A stretch of 64,000 nucleotides of DNA, from contig CAVRUM010000001.1 in NCBI GenBank assembly GCA_963724375.1, forward strand, positions 1,251-65,250, in the 5' to 3' direction. Below are positions 42,554 through 54,114 of this stretch, piece after piece. The stretch's first letter is position 1. Each line of letters opens with the position of its first letter. The DNA is from an uncultured Acidobacteriaceae bacterium (GTDB lineage Bacteria > Acidobacteriota > Terriglobia > Terriglobales > Acidobacteriaceae). Position numbers and translations under genes: made by a program. Below the pieces are notes generated by a model. The model was given only the letters and a program-made list of their open reading frames with translations. It did not search any database and had not been told where the DNA came from.

Positions 42554-44045
42554 TTATGGCGCGGTTCGTGTGAGTTTCAGGGCGATGCCGTTCTTGAACA
42601 GCGGCGATTGCAGCAGCTTCTCTCCACCACCGTCTCGGATCGCCTCAGTTTTAGTCGTGGCCCCAGACTCGGGATCGATCCATTCGGCAGAATAATTTCC
42701 GGAAGGCAGATCGAGGATCAGATCGGCAGGGCCGTTGCCATCGAGATAGATCCCGTACAGCTTGCCGGGACTCGATAGCACCCGCGCGTAGGCTGCACCT
42801 GCGTGTTTCACGGTTTTGTAATCAGGAGCCATCTCGAGCCAGCGGGAGGCTTTCGAGGAATTTGCTGAGTATTCCGAGCTGCCGCCGCAGTGGCGGGCTT
42901 CCGCCGCCTGGTCCGTTGGGTGCAGTGTCAGAGCCGTCTTCGTGCCCAACTGAGAAGGAGTAGTCGAGGCCGTCGAAGGCGCCACCGCCGGAGAGCATGA
43001 AGTTCCACGCCTCGCGCCGGTAAGCCGCATCGTCCTGGCCGAGGAAGCCTGTCTCGTCGTAGGCCAACAACTTGCCGATGCCGTAATTTGCCGATGCCGC
43101 TTCCGGATAGGCGTAGTGAAAGTTCACCATGTTCACGCCGGGAATAAGGCGGCTGACGGGAAGGCCGAAATCGCAATAGTTCTGGGCGATGAGGTGCCTG
43201 TTCGGCTGCGATGCTTCTTCGCTGGTGATCCATTCAGCAACGCGGACCTGCCACGCGAGGGATGCGCCGTCGGCCGTCTCGATCGTGTTGGGAAACTGGT
43301 TGCGGGCGGGCGGAAAGAGGTAGGGATTAACTACGCCAGCCAACACGGGCCTGTCGGCGAAGGGCTCGTTCTGGAGCTCGAAGATTACGTTGTCGAATCC
43401 GTTGACTTCCCGGATGAGCTTGCGCGTGTACTGCTCCTGGTACTCGGAGATGTTGCCGTTATCGAGCGTGTTGACCTTCTTCCAGTCGATCGCCGTGGTG
43501 TGGCTCACATTGTTTCCGGGATTGAACGGGCTGAGGTCCCACTGCGCCTCCCCATACTGAGAAGAGAAAAGGCTGATCTCGACAACGATGCCGCGCTTCG
43601 AAGCCTCATTGAGGAAATCATGCAGCCGCGCAAAGTAATCCGGGCTCCACCGGTCGAGGTCGAGCTTGTTGCCTCCTCCGCCGTACCCAGGCACGCTGCT
43701 GCGCGCCCACGGACCAAGGAACTTCCCTTCCTCCGGTGCCAGATCGTTGCGACGGATGCCGAAGGACTTTGCAGGAACTTCGACGTAGCTTCCGGGAAAG
43801 AGGCGCGTGTAGTTCAAGCCTGCGGACTGCAGAGTGTCTAGATAGCGGCGATAGTCAAAATCCGCGTTCAAAACCGCTCCGTAGTGTTCGCCGCTGGTGA
43901 CTAATGCGATGGTCTTGCCGCGAAAGAGGAAATAGTGGGGATTGTTCGGATCGAGGCGGATGGGCCCTGGTGAATGGGCCTGTGCCGACGCAAAGAGAAG
44001 AGCGGCGGAAAGAACGGTCGTCCAGGCGATGGTGCGTGTTGTCAT
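42554..44045 (-). pseudogene. Clan GH-A (GH5-like TIM-barrel) glycoside hydrolase with a C-terminal beta-sandwich domain, split by a frameshift near 42830-42845
   Basis: ORF 42822..44045 carries the signal peptide and the NEP acid/base motif (NVIFELQNEPF), and ends ...FLESLPLARDGS*. The overlapping frame 42554..43030 only looks native from ...LEMAPDYKTVKHAGAAYARVL... onward, which is a C-terminal accessory-domain-like sequence. One nt indel would fuse them into about 497 aa. Confidence 0.6.
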
Positions 44046-44161
44046 AGAGGCCGATCTACGCAGGGATGATAAGGCATTTTCGAAAATATTGTTCCTTGTG
44101 GATGCTGGACGAGTCTTGCCAGAATCTGGTTGAATTCTCTCGAAGCCACGAGGTGCGAGCT

Positions 44162-44563
44162 ATGCGCTCTCCCGGCTGTAGAAGGTGCTCAATTCGAGTC
44201 CGCGGCTCGGTTGTGTTGCTGTGCGCTCTTTGCGGCATCCCGGTTTCGCCAGCCCAGCAGCAGGGCGGCACGCCACAGAACCTTGAGCTCAAGGACCCCA
44301 CGCCGCGGGAACCCGATCTCAAAAAGATATACAGTACAGACCCGGCCGAACAGGCTAAGCTGCAGCAGGCAGCGGCGCTGAAGAGTGCCCAGGTCCGGCA
44401 GCAGGTGGTCGAAGCGACAAACAAGCTGTGCCTGCTGGTGCAGCAATTGCACGACGAGGTCTCGAGCAACGGCAAGGACCCAAGGACATCTGGGAACGCC
44501 GCGATGGCCGGGCAGATTGAGAAGCTTGCGAAGACAGTCCGCGAAAAGACGAAGACACAGTGA
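44162..44563 (+). CDS. Hypothetical secreted coiled-coil protein
   Basis: Internal ATG 44162 gives the signal-like N-terminus SVVLLCALCGIPVSPAQ. Gln/Ala/Lys-rich helical remainder. Confidence 0.5.
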   Translation: MRSPGCRRCSIRVRGSVVLLCALCGIPVSPAQQQGGTPQNLELKDPTPREPDLKKIYSTDPAEQAKLQQAAALKSAQVRQQVVEATNKLCLLVQQLHDEVSSNGKDPRTSGNAAMAGQIEKLAKTVREKTKTQ

Positions 44564-44572
44564 TAGGTGAGG

Positions 44573-45457
44573 TTACGGCTGCGCGGGTGGCTGAGCGTTC
44601 GGCATAACCTCTACAAGGGGAAGAATGGGCTTCTTGCCAGCAGAGGCCGCAGCCAGGTATGCGCGGGCATCGGCGCTCGGGGGATTGATCGCGGCCTCGG
44701 CCTGGAATTCAGCCGCTGCCTCTGCGTATTTTCCCTGGGCCCAGAGCACATATCCCAAGGCAAGGTGCGCGTAAGGCTCGCTGGGATTCGCCCCGATTTC
44801 GGATCTCAGTGCCTCGACGGCCGCATCGCTCTTCCCTTCTGCATCGAGCGCCTCCGCTACGAGCATGCCAGCTTCCGGCGCACCCGGGCTCAGCGTAAGA
44901 ATCTCGCCCGCTGCCTTTGTGACGCACGGATACTGCCTGCTCCAAAGGCAGCTGCGGGCGAGCATCATTCGCAGGGCGAGATCATGAGGATCATTCTCCG
45001 TTGCCTTTGCGAGATAAGGGATGGCAACCAGGTAATCGCCCATCGCGTAATGGGCCATACCGAGAAGTGTGATGAGGCGCGGATCGCCGGGGTGCTCTTC
45101 GAGCTGCACCGTGAAGGCTTTGATGGCCTCGCCAAACTGATCGGTCTTGAATAACGCCAGGCCGAGATTCATTTGGAGGTTCGGAAAGTTCGGATCGACC
45201 GCCAGCGCCTTCCGGTAATTCGTAATTGCCTCGCCGTACTGCTGCTGCCGCGCCGCGATCAGGCCCAGATGCGCGAACGCCTCGACATTGCGAGGGTCAT
45301 GCTGAACGATGCCGGTCCAGATCGCGGCAGCCGCGGCATTTCTACCCTGCTGTTCGAGCGCGATGGCATCCTCACGCGTGCCGCTTTGGGCAACACCGGA
45401 TGCGGCCAGAGTCACGCAACAGGCGAGCGACAAGAGGATGGAGTTGGGCCTACTCAA
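44573..45457 (-). CDS. Secreted tetratricopeptide repeat (TPR) protein
   Basis: Multiple TPR units (e.g. AFAHLGLIAARQQQYGEAITNYRKALAVDPNFPN, YAHLALGYVLWAQGKYAEAAAEFQ). TTG 45457 after GGAGGA gives the signal peptide SRPNSILLSLACCVTLAASGVAQ. ATG 45529 is the alternative. Confidence 0.8.
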   Translation of the reverse strand: MSRPNSILLSLACCVTLAASGVAQSGTREDAIALEQQGRNAAAAAIWTGIVQHDPRNVEAFAHLGLIAARQQQYGEAITNYRKALAVDPNFPNLQMNLGLALFKTDQFGEAIKAFTVQLEEHPGDPRLITLLGMAHYAMGDYLVAIPYLAKATENDPHDLALRMMLARSCLWSRQYPCVTKAAGEILTLSPGAPEAGMLVAEALDAEGKSDAAVEALRSEIGANPSEPYAHLALGYVLWAQGKYAEAAAEFQAEAAINPPSADARAYLAAASAGKKPILPLVEVMPNAQPPAQP

Positions 45458-45527
45458 AGGATCCTCCGATGAGAATTTACAGCGAAGGCGAGATACGGGT
45501 CGAGGAAATCCATTCACATTTCTGCAC

Positions 45528-45570
45528 AAAAAGGAAAAGGCGCGGCAAGCGAGTACGTGCCGCGCCTTTT
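45528..45570 (-). terminator. Rho-independent terminator after the TonB-type receptor gene (also usable on the plus strand)
   Basis: GGCGCGGCA / TGCCGCGCC stem (45539-45547 and 45558-45566) with a 10-nt loop. T-tract TTTTCCTTTTT on the minus strand and TTTT on the plus strand. Confidence 0.8.
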
Positions 45571-45583
45571 GGTTGGAGTTTGG

Positions 45584-48500
45584 TTAGAAGGAGAACTTGC
45601 CGCCAAGCTGGAGAACGCGTGGATCCCAGGTGCTGTTGATCGCGCCGAAGTTTCCAGCCTGATTCGGGCCGTTGTAGTTACTGTTTACACCCATGAACTC
45701 GGTGTGGTTGAAGGTGTTGAACGACTCAAAGCGAAGCTCGATGTGGGCCACTTCTTTGATGTCGAAGGTCTTATAGAGCGAGGTTGTGAAGTTTTCCCGC
45801 CCCGGTCCGACTACGATATCCTTCCGGGCGTTACCGAAGCCCAAGTTTGGACCACCTGCCCACGACGGAGTCGGGGCACTGAATACACTGGTGTCAAACC
45901 ACTGCTTAACATTCTTGATGGCTCTCGGCCTGCGGCTGACGTTTGGACGGTTGGTATAACCGCCGCCCAGACCGACAGGGTCATAGCCGACAGAAAGACC
46001 AACACCCTGGTTGGATTGTAAGGCGCCGAGATACCCGGATTCCGCCACAAAGGTTCCGGCGACCTGCCAGCCTCCAAGAAGAGAATGGGTTAAGCCGCTT
46101 CCCCCTTTAAAGAAGGGGAGGTCGTAAATGTAGTTGGCAACCAGGATGTGACGGCGATCGAGCGCGCCCGAACCATAGTCATAGGCCACATTGAAGGGAT
46201 TGCTGATCGTTGCCAGATCGTAGCTGGTGATGTCGATTTCGTGCGACCAGGTGTAATCGACTTCGCCGCTTAGACCCCATTTATTCTGAAGACGCAGTCC
46301 CGTCTGGAAGCCGTTGTAGCTTCCGTTGGTGGTGTTCTGCTGTTGCGTTATGCCCGCGAAACCCTGGTAAGTACGATACAGGTTGGCATTAGCCAGCGAA
46401 TGACCTCCCGGGTTTGTGCCTGATTTGTTGCTGCCATCTCCGGCGTTGGCGCGGATGTTGTCTGGAGTAGATAACGGATAGTTGTTAATTGGGTTATCGA
46501 TGTTCTGGCTCCAAGCCGTATTGCCGACATACTGGACAATCCAGATAACCGATGGGGCTATCTCGTGCTGCACACCCAGGCTAAATTGGGCGACAGCGGG
46601 AGCCGGGTAGTAGGGATCCAAGGTTGTAAGTCCTTGCGGGAAGGTTGGAGTGCTGGCAGTCAATCCGCTGACCCAGCTGGTGTGGGGATTGGTGAAATAT
46701 ACGTTGGAGGCTGAAGGGTCGTAGTAGAACGGCGGGTTAGTTCCGGTGTTGTAGATGTCGTTCCCCTGCAAGCGTTCGTAGAACGTTCCAAAGCCACCGC
46801 GAAGGACTGTCCGGCCGTTGCCGAAGATGTCATAGGAGAATCCCACGCGAGGCTGGACGGTCTTCCAATAGTTCTTTACCAGGCCGTGCGGAAATCCATT
46901 CTCGCCTCCGATGTAGATACCGTTGAGATAGAAGGGGTGGGTAAATCCCGACGGGGTGGAGAACCCAGGTCCATCCGGATTCATGGAGCCATCGAGGTTC
47001 CACTGCGGTTGCATGCTCGTCTGATAGAGCGCCGGGTTGAAGTTCGCAATCTGGTTGTTCCGCTCCCACGCGTGCGGCAGGCCATCCCAGCGAAGTCCGA
47101 ACTGCAGGCTGAGGCGCGGATTTACTTTCCAGTTATCCTGTCCCCAGAGGGATACAGTGTTGTTCACGTAGTGATTGATGTTCAGAGCCTGGGTCTGGTC
47201 ATAACCGCTGGATAGCCCCAGGAGCATGTCCATAAAGCCATCGCCTGTTTCGTTTGCCTGCCAGTAGAACTGACCTCCCGGCTGGCCGAACAGTTGCTGG
47301 TTCTTGGTGTAACGCATGTAGCTGAAGCCATAATTCATGGAGTGCCTGCCCTTCGTCCAGGAGACGTCGAGCCTTGGCTGGTAGTCCTGGGCAGCGTTCT
47401 TCCACGGCGCCGAACCAGGGTTTTCCTGCGTGTTATAGGGAGCGCCCCAGTGCATATTTGGCAGGTTGCTCGAGGTGTTGTCGAAGTACCGATCTACGCT
47501 CCAGCCGGAGGGAGTGAGCGAATTTGGACTGTTGACAATGTTGATCGTATTGCCGTCGTAGTTGAAGCTCGCCTCCATGAGAAGCTCGGGACTCAACGAT
47601 GCCGTCAGCTTCACCGCAGCACTGTTCGAGGGATTCTTGAGTACGCTGGTGATAGCGGCATAACTGGCTCCCGACCAACCGAGCATTGGGGAAGCATAGC
47701 TCTGGTTCACACTGTCGTGAAGGTAGTGCCCCAGCAGCTTGAACTTGTCATTGATGTTGTGATCGATGCGCACCACATTGTCCCAGACGTAGATGGGCTG
47801 CACTGCTGACACAACGGCCTGACCGTTGGATGTGGTGGGGTGGGGGATAATGCCGGTGCCGAAGTAGGCCAGCGCATTGGGATCGAACAGCGCTGCCGGA
47901 ATTGTGTTATTCGGGAAAGGTTGGCCCGGAGTCAGACCTAGGCTCGCCAGCTTGAGTCTGTACGCAGGATCGGTAACATTCGGAACAACGATCGTAGTTG
48001 AACTGGCAAATGCCGGCGGCACATACATCAAGTCTGTTCCGGCAACCGGAAAATCCTGTGAGGGCAGTGTATTCACGGCACTTGGCGCGCTGCCCTGGAT
48101 CAGCCTCCTCCACTCTTCGTTGACGAAGAAGAAGGTCTTTTGTCGGTCGGTGTTGTAAACGTGCGGAATGACCACCGGCCCGCCGATATTGAACCCAAAG
48201 ATGTTGTAGTTCAGCTTGGTTCGCGGAGTAATCGGCGTGGTGGTTTTATTGAAGTAGTTGTTGGCGTTGTAATCGGTGTTGCGGTTGAACTCCCAGGCTC
48301 CGCCGTGAAACTTCTGGCCGCCGCTCTTGATGCCAAGGCTGATGGTTGCGCCCGATGAAATACCATACTCAGGCGGATAGTTGCTGGCCAGCACCTCGAA
48401 CTGGGCCATGGCGTCCTGTGAAGGCATGATGTCCATGCCGCCGGCGCCGCCACGGTCGTCAGCTTCGCCACCGTCGATCAGCCAGATATTGTGGCTCTGG

Positions 48501-49063
48501 CGAAGTCCGTTGACGCTGAGGGTGAAGTTGGCTGCCACCGAGGTAGGAGTATTGTTGTCTGGCAGGGCCGAACTGACGCCCATGCCAAGAGCAGCAAGCG
48601 CAGCAAAGTTGCGATTTTCGGTTGCAATCTTCTCGATCTGCTGTCCGCTGATCAGGGTGCTGACGACGTTCGAATCGGTTTGTACCTGCAGGGCTTGCGC
48701 GGCGACAGTGACGGTTTCATTTACCGTGCCGACGGTCATCGTCACGTCGGTACGCAGCGTCTGAGAGACGTTGACCTGCAGGCCCGTCCGCACAAAGGTT
48801 TGAAAGCCTTTGGCGGTGACTTTCAGGTCGTAGGTGCCGACGTTCAGTCCCGGGAAGGTAAAGACTCCTGCGGCGTTGCTGTCCGTGGTGACCGAACCCC
48901 CCGTGGCTGTGTTCGTCAGGACAAGACTTGCGCCGGCGATCGCCGCATTTTCCTTGTCAACCACCGTTCCAGTGATCTCTGAGTTGTATTGTGCGTAGGC
49001 CCCTACGCACGCCAAAATAGAGAACAGCGACAGCAATGGTATCCGATACCATTTGTGGTTCAT
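45584..49063 (-). CDS. TonB-dependent receptor-like outer membrane protein with N-terminal carboxypeptidase-regulatory-like domain
   Basis: GGAGG, 6 nt, then ATG 49063. Signal peptide MNHKWYRIPLLSLFSILACVGAYAQ. CarboxypepD_reg (ITGTVVDKENAAIAGASLVLTNTATGG...GTYDLKVTAKGFQTF). About 1000-aa barrel ending ...LQLGGKFSF. Confidence 0.85.
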   Translation of the reverse strand: MNHKWYRIPLLSLFSILACVGAYAQYNSEITGTVVDKENAAIAGASLVLTNTATGGSVTTDSNAAGVFTFPGLNVGTYDLKVTAKGFQTFVRTGLQVNVSQTLRTDVTMTVGTVNETVTVAAQALQVQTDSNVVSTLISGQQIEKIATENRNFAALAALGMGVSSALPDNNTPTSVAANFTLSVNGLRQSHNIWLIDGGEADDRGGAGGMDIMPSQDAMAQFEVLASNYPPEYGISSGATISLGIKSGGQKFHGGAWEFNRNTDYNANNYFNKTTTPITPRTKLNYNIFGFNIGGPVVIPHVYNTDRQKTFFFVNEEWRRLIQGSAPSAVNTLPSQDFPVAGTDLMYVPPAFASSTTIVVPNVTDPAYRLKLASLGLTPGQPFPNNTIPAALFDPNALAYFGTGIIPHPTTSNGQAVVSAVQPIYVWDNVVRIDHNINDKFKLLGHYLHDSVNQSYASPMLGWSGASYAAITSVLKNPSNSAAVKLTASLSPELLMEASFNYDGNTINIVNSPNSLTPSGWSVDRYFDNTSSNLPNMHWGAPYNTQENPGSAPWKNAAQDYQPRLDVSWTKGRHSMNYGFSYMRYTKNQQLFGQPGGQFYWQANETGDGFMDMLLGLSSGYDQTQALNINHYVNNTVSLWGQDNWKVNPRLSLQFGLRWDGLPHAWERNNQIANFNPALYQTSMQPQWNLDGSMNPDGPGFSTPSGFTHPFYLNGIYIGGENGFPHGLVKNYWKTVQPRVGFSYDIFGNGRTVLRGGFGTFYERLQGNDIYNTGTNPPFYYDPSASNVYFTNPHTSWVSGLTASTPTFPQGLTTLDPYYPAPAVAQFSLGVQHEIAPSVIWIVQYVGNTAWSQNIDNPINNYPLSTPDNIRANAGDGSNKSGTNPGGHSLANANLYRTYQGFAGITQQQNTTNGSYNGFQTGLRLQNKWGLSGEVDYTWSHEIDITSYDLATISNPFNVAYDYGSGALDRRHILVANYIYDLPFFKGGSGLTHSLLGGWQVAGTFVAESGYLGALQSNQGVGLSVGYDPVGLGGGYTNRPNVSRRPRAIKNVKQWFDTSVFSAPTPSWAGGPNLGFGNARKDIVVGPGRENFTTSLYKTFDIKEVAHIELRFESFNTFNHTEFMGVNSNYNGPNQAGNFGAINSTWDPRVLQLGGKFSF

Positions 49064-49411
49064 CATTAGCCTCCATAAGTAAGTACCCTTCTCAGTAGCC
49101 CATCTTTGTCGAAATACTCGGGCGTCTGCGTATCTTCCGCCCGCTTCGACCTCTGCCTTATCCGCTCTGAGAAGTTGTCTGGTGCTGAATCGTGCTATCC
49201 GTTTGCAGCTTCCACTAAAGCGATTTAGTATCGCGGCGAAAAGATATTTCCATATCTCAACAACTGTCAAGAAAATTCTGGCACCTATCGGAATCGAGGA
49301 ACGAAGTTTGCAACCAGATCACAACTTAGTGCAAACGTCACATGGTACAGGGCTTGGAAGTAATCGCTTTCATTCCTCTTCGGACATCAGCCATGTGATT
49401 GAATACAGGAG

Positions 49412-51948
<2,537 letters not shown>

Positions 51949-52143
51949 TTAACGCCGGTGAAAACGGAAATGGGTGACCAGCAGGAATCCCGAGCCGGAG
52001 CGCCAGCATTACCTCGGATGACCTAAGTACAAGGCCCTTTCGTTCCTGGACTTTAGACAGATTTGGGCCTAGACTTCAGACTAAGCCAAGTTTTTCTTTG
52101 AGCTGCATCTCTCAGCCTCAGGGGTCCTCCCTCAAACTGCAGC

Positions 52144-52177
52144 GGGCGGAAGTTAAAGCTTCCGCCCTTTGATTTTT
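52144..52177 (+). terminator. Rho-independent terminator with no annotated gene upstream (67 nt before the dNK start)
   Basis: GGGCGGAAG / CTTCCGCCC stem (52144-52152 and 52159-52167), 6-nt loop, then TTTGATTTTT. The minus-strand reading lacks a T-tract. Confidence 0.7.
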
Positions 52178-52243
52178 CAGCTTGGCTGGCGGCTCTCGTA
52201 GCCATCTTCTCATTTTGTTCGCCCTAGAGTACCATGGGTGGGT

Positions 52244-52876
52244 ATGGCGAACCTGTTTGGACCACCCCGGTTCATTGCTGTCGAGGGGCCGCTGCGTGTG
52301 GGCAAGTCGACACTGGCCGGGATACTGGCCGAGACTCTTCGCGCCCGGAGAGTGGCGGAGCCTGAAGATAATCCGTTCCTGGAGCGGTTCTACCAGGCGC
52401 AACCGGGGATGGGGTTTGCGACGCAACTCTGGTTCCTGATGGAGCGCTTCGAGCAGATGCGCGATCTTGCGGGCAGCGACCTTCCCGTTGTGTCCGACTA
52501 TCTGTTTGAGAAAGACAAGCTGTTCGCCTATCTGAACCTGACCGACGCGGAGCTGGATCTATACAACCGGTACTACCAGTTATTCCGGGAGCAGGTGCCA
52601 GCGCCGGATCTGGTGATCTATCTCCAGGCGAGTCCAGAGGTCCTGAAGCAGCGGCTGAAACGCAAGGGCGTTACAGGCGAGAAGGCGATCAGCGACGGCT
52701 ATATCGAGCAGGTCGTCCAGGCCTATGAGCACTTCTTCTTCCACTACACGGCGAGCGACCTGCTGGTCGTGAACACGTCTGATATCGATTTCGTCCACAA
52801 CAACCACGACCTGCAGACACTGCTCAAGCGGCTGTCGGAACCAATTAAGGGGACACAGTATTTTCTGCCGCTGTGA
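52244..52876 (+). CDS. Deoxynucleoside kinase (dAK/dGK/dCK family)
   Basis: P-loop FIAVEGPLRVGKSTLAGILAE. VVSDYLFEKDKLFA. LVIYLQASPEVLKQRLKRKG. Confidence 0.8.
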   Translation: MANLFGPPRFIAVEGPLRVGKSTLAGILAETLRARRVAEPEDNPFLERFYQAQPGMGFATQLWFLMERFEQMRDLAGSDLPVVSDYLFEKDKLFAYLNLTDAELDLYNRYYQLFREQVPAPDLVIYLQASPEVLKQRLKRKGVTGEKAISDGYIEQVVQAYEHFFFHYTASDLLVVNTSDIDFVHNNHDLQTLLKRLSEPIKGTQYFLPL

Positions 52877-53108
52877 GGCGAGGAAACAGGGATCAGGCAA
52901 GATTATCCCTTCCCGTTTTGGGACGGATTAGCCCGGATACCCCCTCCCCCCTTGGATTGGTAGTTCATTCACTCCGTGTTGGTTATGGCAGACGTCGGTG
53001 TAATTTGTTCTTCCCATTGCGCTTGCAATAAGTCATAGATGTTAAAGACGTTAGTCGCCGCGACTTGCACGGTGATTTCCCAAAACGGAACCTTATCTCC
53101 TGCAAAGC

Positions 53109-53144
53109 AAAATGCCTGAGCGCATCGCTCAGGCATTTTCTTCT
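53109..53144. terminator. Strong bidirectional intrinsic terminator hairpin in an AT-richer 410-bp intergenic region
   Basis: Stem AATGCCTGAGCG / CGCTCAGGCATT (53111-53122 and 53126-53137), 3-nt loop. Flanked by GCAAAGCAAAA upstream and TTTTCTTCT downstream. Confidence 0.8.
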
Positions 53145-53289
53145 AATTCCATTATAGCTCGAACATACGAAATTCCCGGCCATCACGCCGTACAGCGGGC
53201 GTCCCGAAATCACCCAGGAATCTCCGGAGCGTTCTGGGGTGGCCTCTGAAGCCTAATCCTGGATCGAGGACCTTTAAGATGCTTAGAGG

Positions 53290-54051
53290 ATGACCCTTAT
53301 ACTTCGCGTGTCCGCGGCCCTCTTCTTCCTTCTGTTTTTTAATGGCGCTATGGCGCAGAAATCTGAAACCGACTCCCTGCCTGATGCGCCCTCCCAAACC
53401 GCGCAATCCTCTCAAACCCAACAGTCGACAACGTCGTTGCCGGCCAATCCTATACAGGGCAGCGTGCAGGTAGTCAGACTGCTGCAGCAGAAATCCCTGG
53501 TATTTCCTGACCTCGCTACCAACCAGGGGCCGCTAAGCAGCTGGCAGAAATTCAAGCTGGCGGCCAACAGCAGCGTCGCGCTGTCAACTATCGCCGCAGT
53601 GGCAGTCGGCGCGGCATACGGCCAGGCCGTCAATCATCCCTCGGGCTATCACCAGGGCGCGGAAGGGTACGGGAAACGCTTCGGAGCCAACATGGCTCGT
53701 GCAGCGTCGGACAACATGTTCGGAACCTTTCTATTGGCTTCTGCCTTGCACCAGGATCCGCGCTTTTATGTGAGAAAGAATCTGTCGTTCAAGCAATCGG
53801 TGGAGTATTCCGCGAAGAGGATCATCTTCACTCAAAGCGACTCTGGGGAGAAGGAAGTCAATTATTCGGGCCTAATCGGCCCGTTAATGGGTGAAGGGCT
53901 CGCCAATGCATACTATCCCGACGAGAATCGCACCGCCGGCGGCACCTTCACTCGCTATGCCAGCGATCTGGGATGGAGATTTTCCGGGAATCTGCTGCGC
54001 CAGTACTGGCCGAGCATCAACAGAAAGCTGCGCCTCGTTCCGGAATCCTAA
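53290..54051 (+). CDS. Hypothetical secreted/membrane-associated protein (253 aa)
   Basis: Signal peptide MTLILRVSAALFFLLFFNGAMAQ and a Ser/Gln/Thr-rich linker. The remainder (GYGKRFGANMARAASDNMFGTFLLASALHQDPRFY) has no family I can name. Confidence 0.55.
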   Translation: MTLILRVSAALFFLLFFNGAMAQKSETDSLPDAPSQTAQSSQTQQSTTSLPANPIQGSVQVVRLLQQKSLVFPDLATNQGPLSSWQKFKLAANSSVALSTIAAVAVGAAYGQAVNHPSGYHQGAEGYGKRFGANMARAASDNMFGTFLLASALHQDPRFYVRKNLSFKQSVEYSAKRIIFTQSDSGEKEVNYSGLIGPLMGEGLANAYYPDENRTAGGTFTRYASDLGWRFSGNLLRQYWPSINRKLRLVPES

Positions 54052-54114
54052 TGTTCAACCTGTACAACGGCTTCTTTATGGCGGGAGCGGGAGAGGGCGA
54101 GAATTCTCACGAAT

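Noticed and set aside
52983-53213. A 76-aa minus-strand ORF in the dNK-downstream spacer.
   Set aside because: It runs straight through the strong terminator hairpin at 53109-53144, has no SD, and has an odd Arg/Cys/Lys-rich composition.
53236-53275. GGGGTGGCC...CCTGGATCGAGGACC, which resembles the 5' end of tmRNA (GGGG...CUGGAUUCGACGGG).
   Set aside because: The match is loose. A protein-coding gene with a good signal peptide starts at 53290, and there is no tag ORF or tRNA-like 3' end (T-arm/ACCA) within 400 nt.
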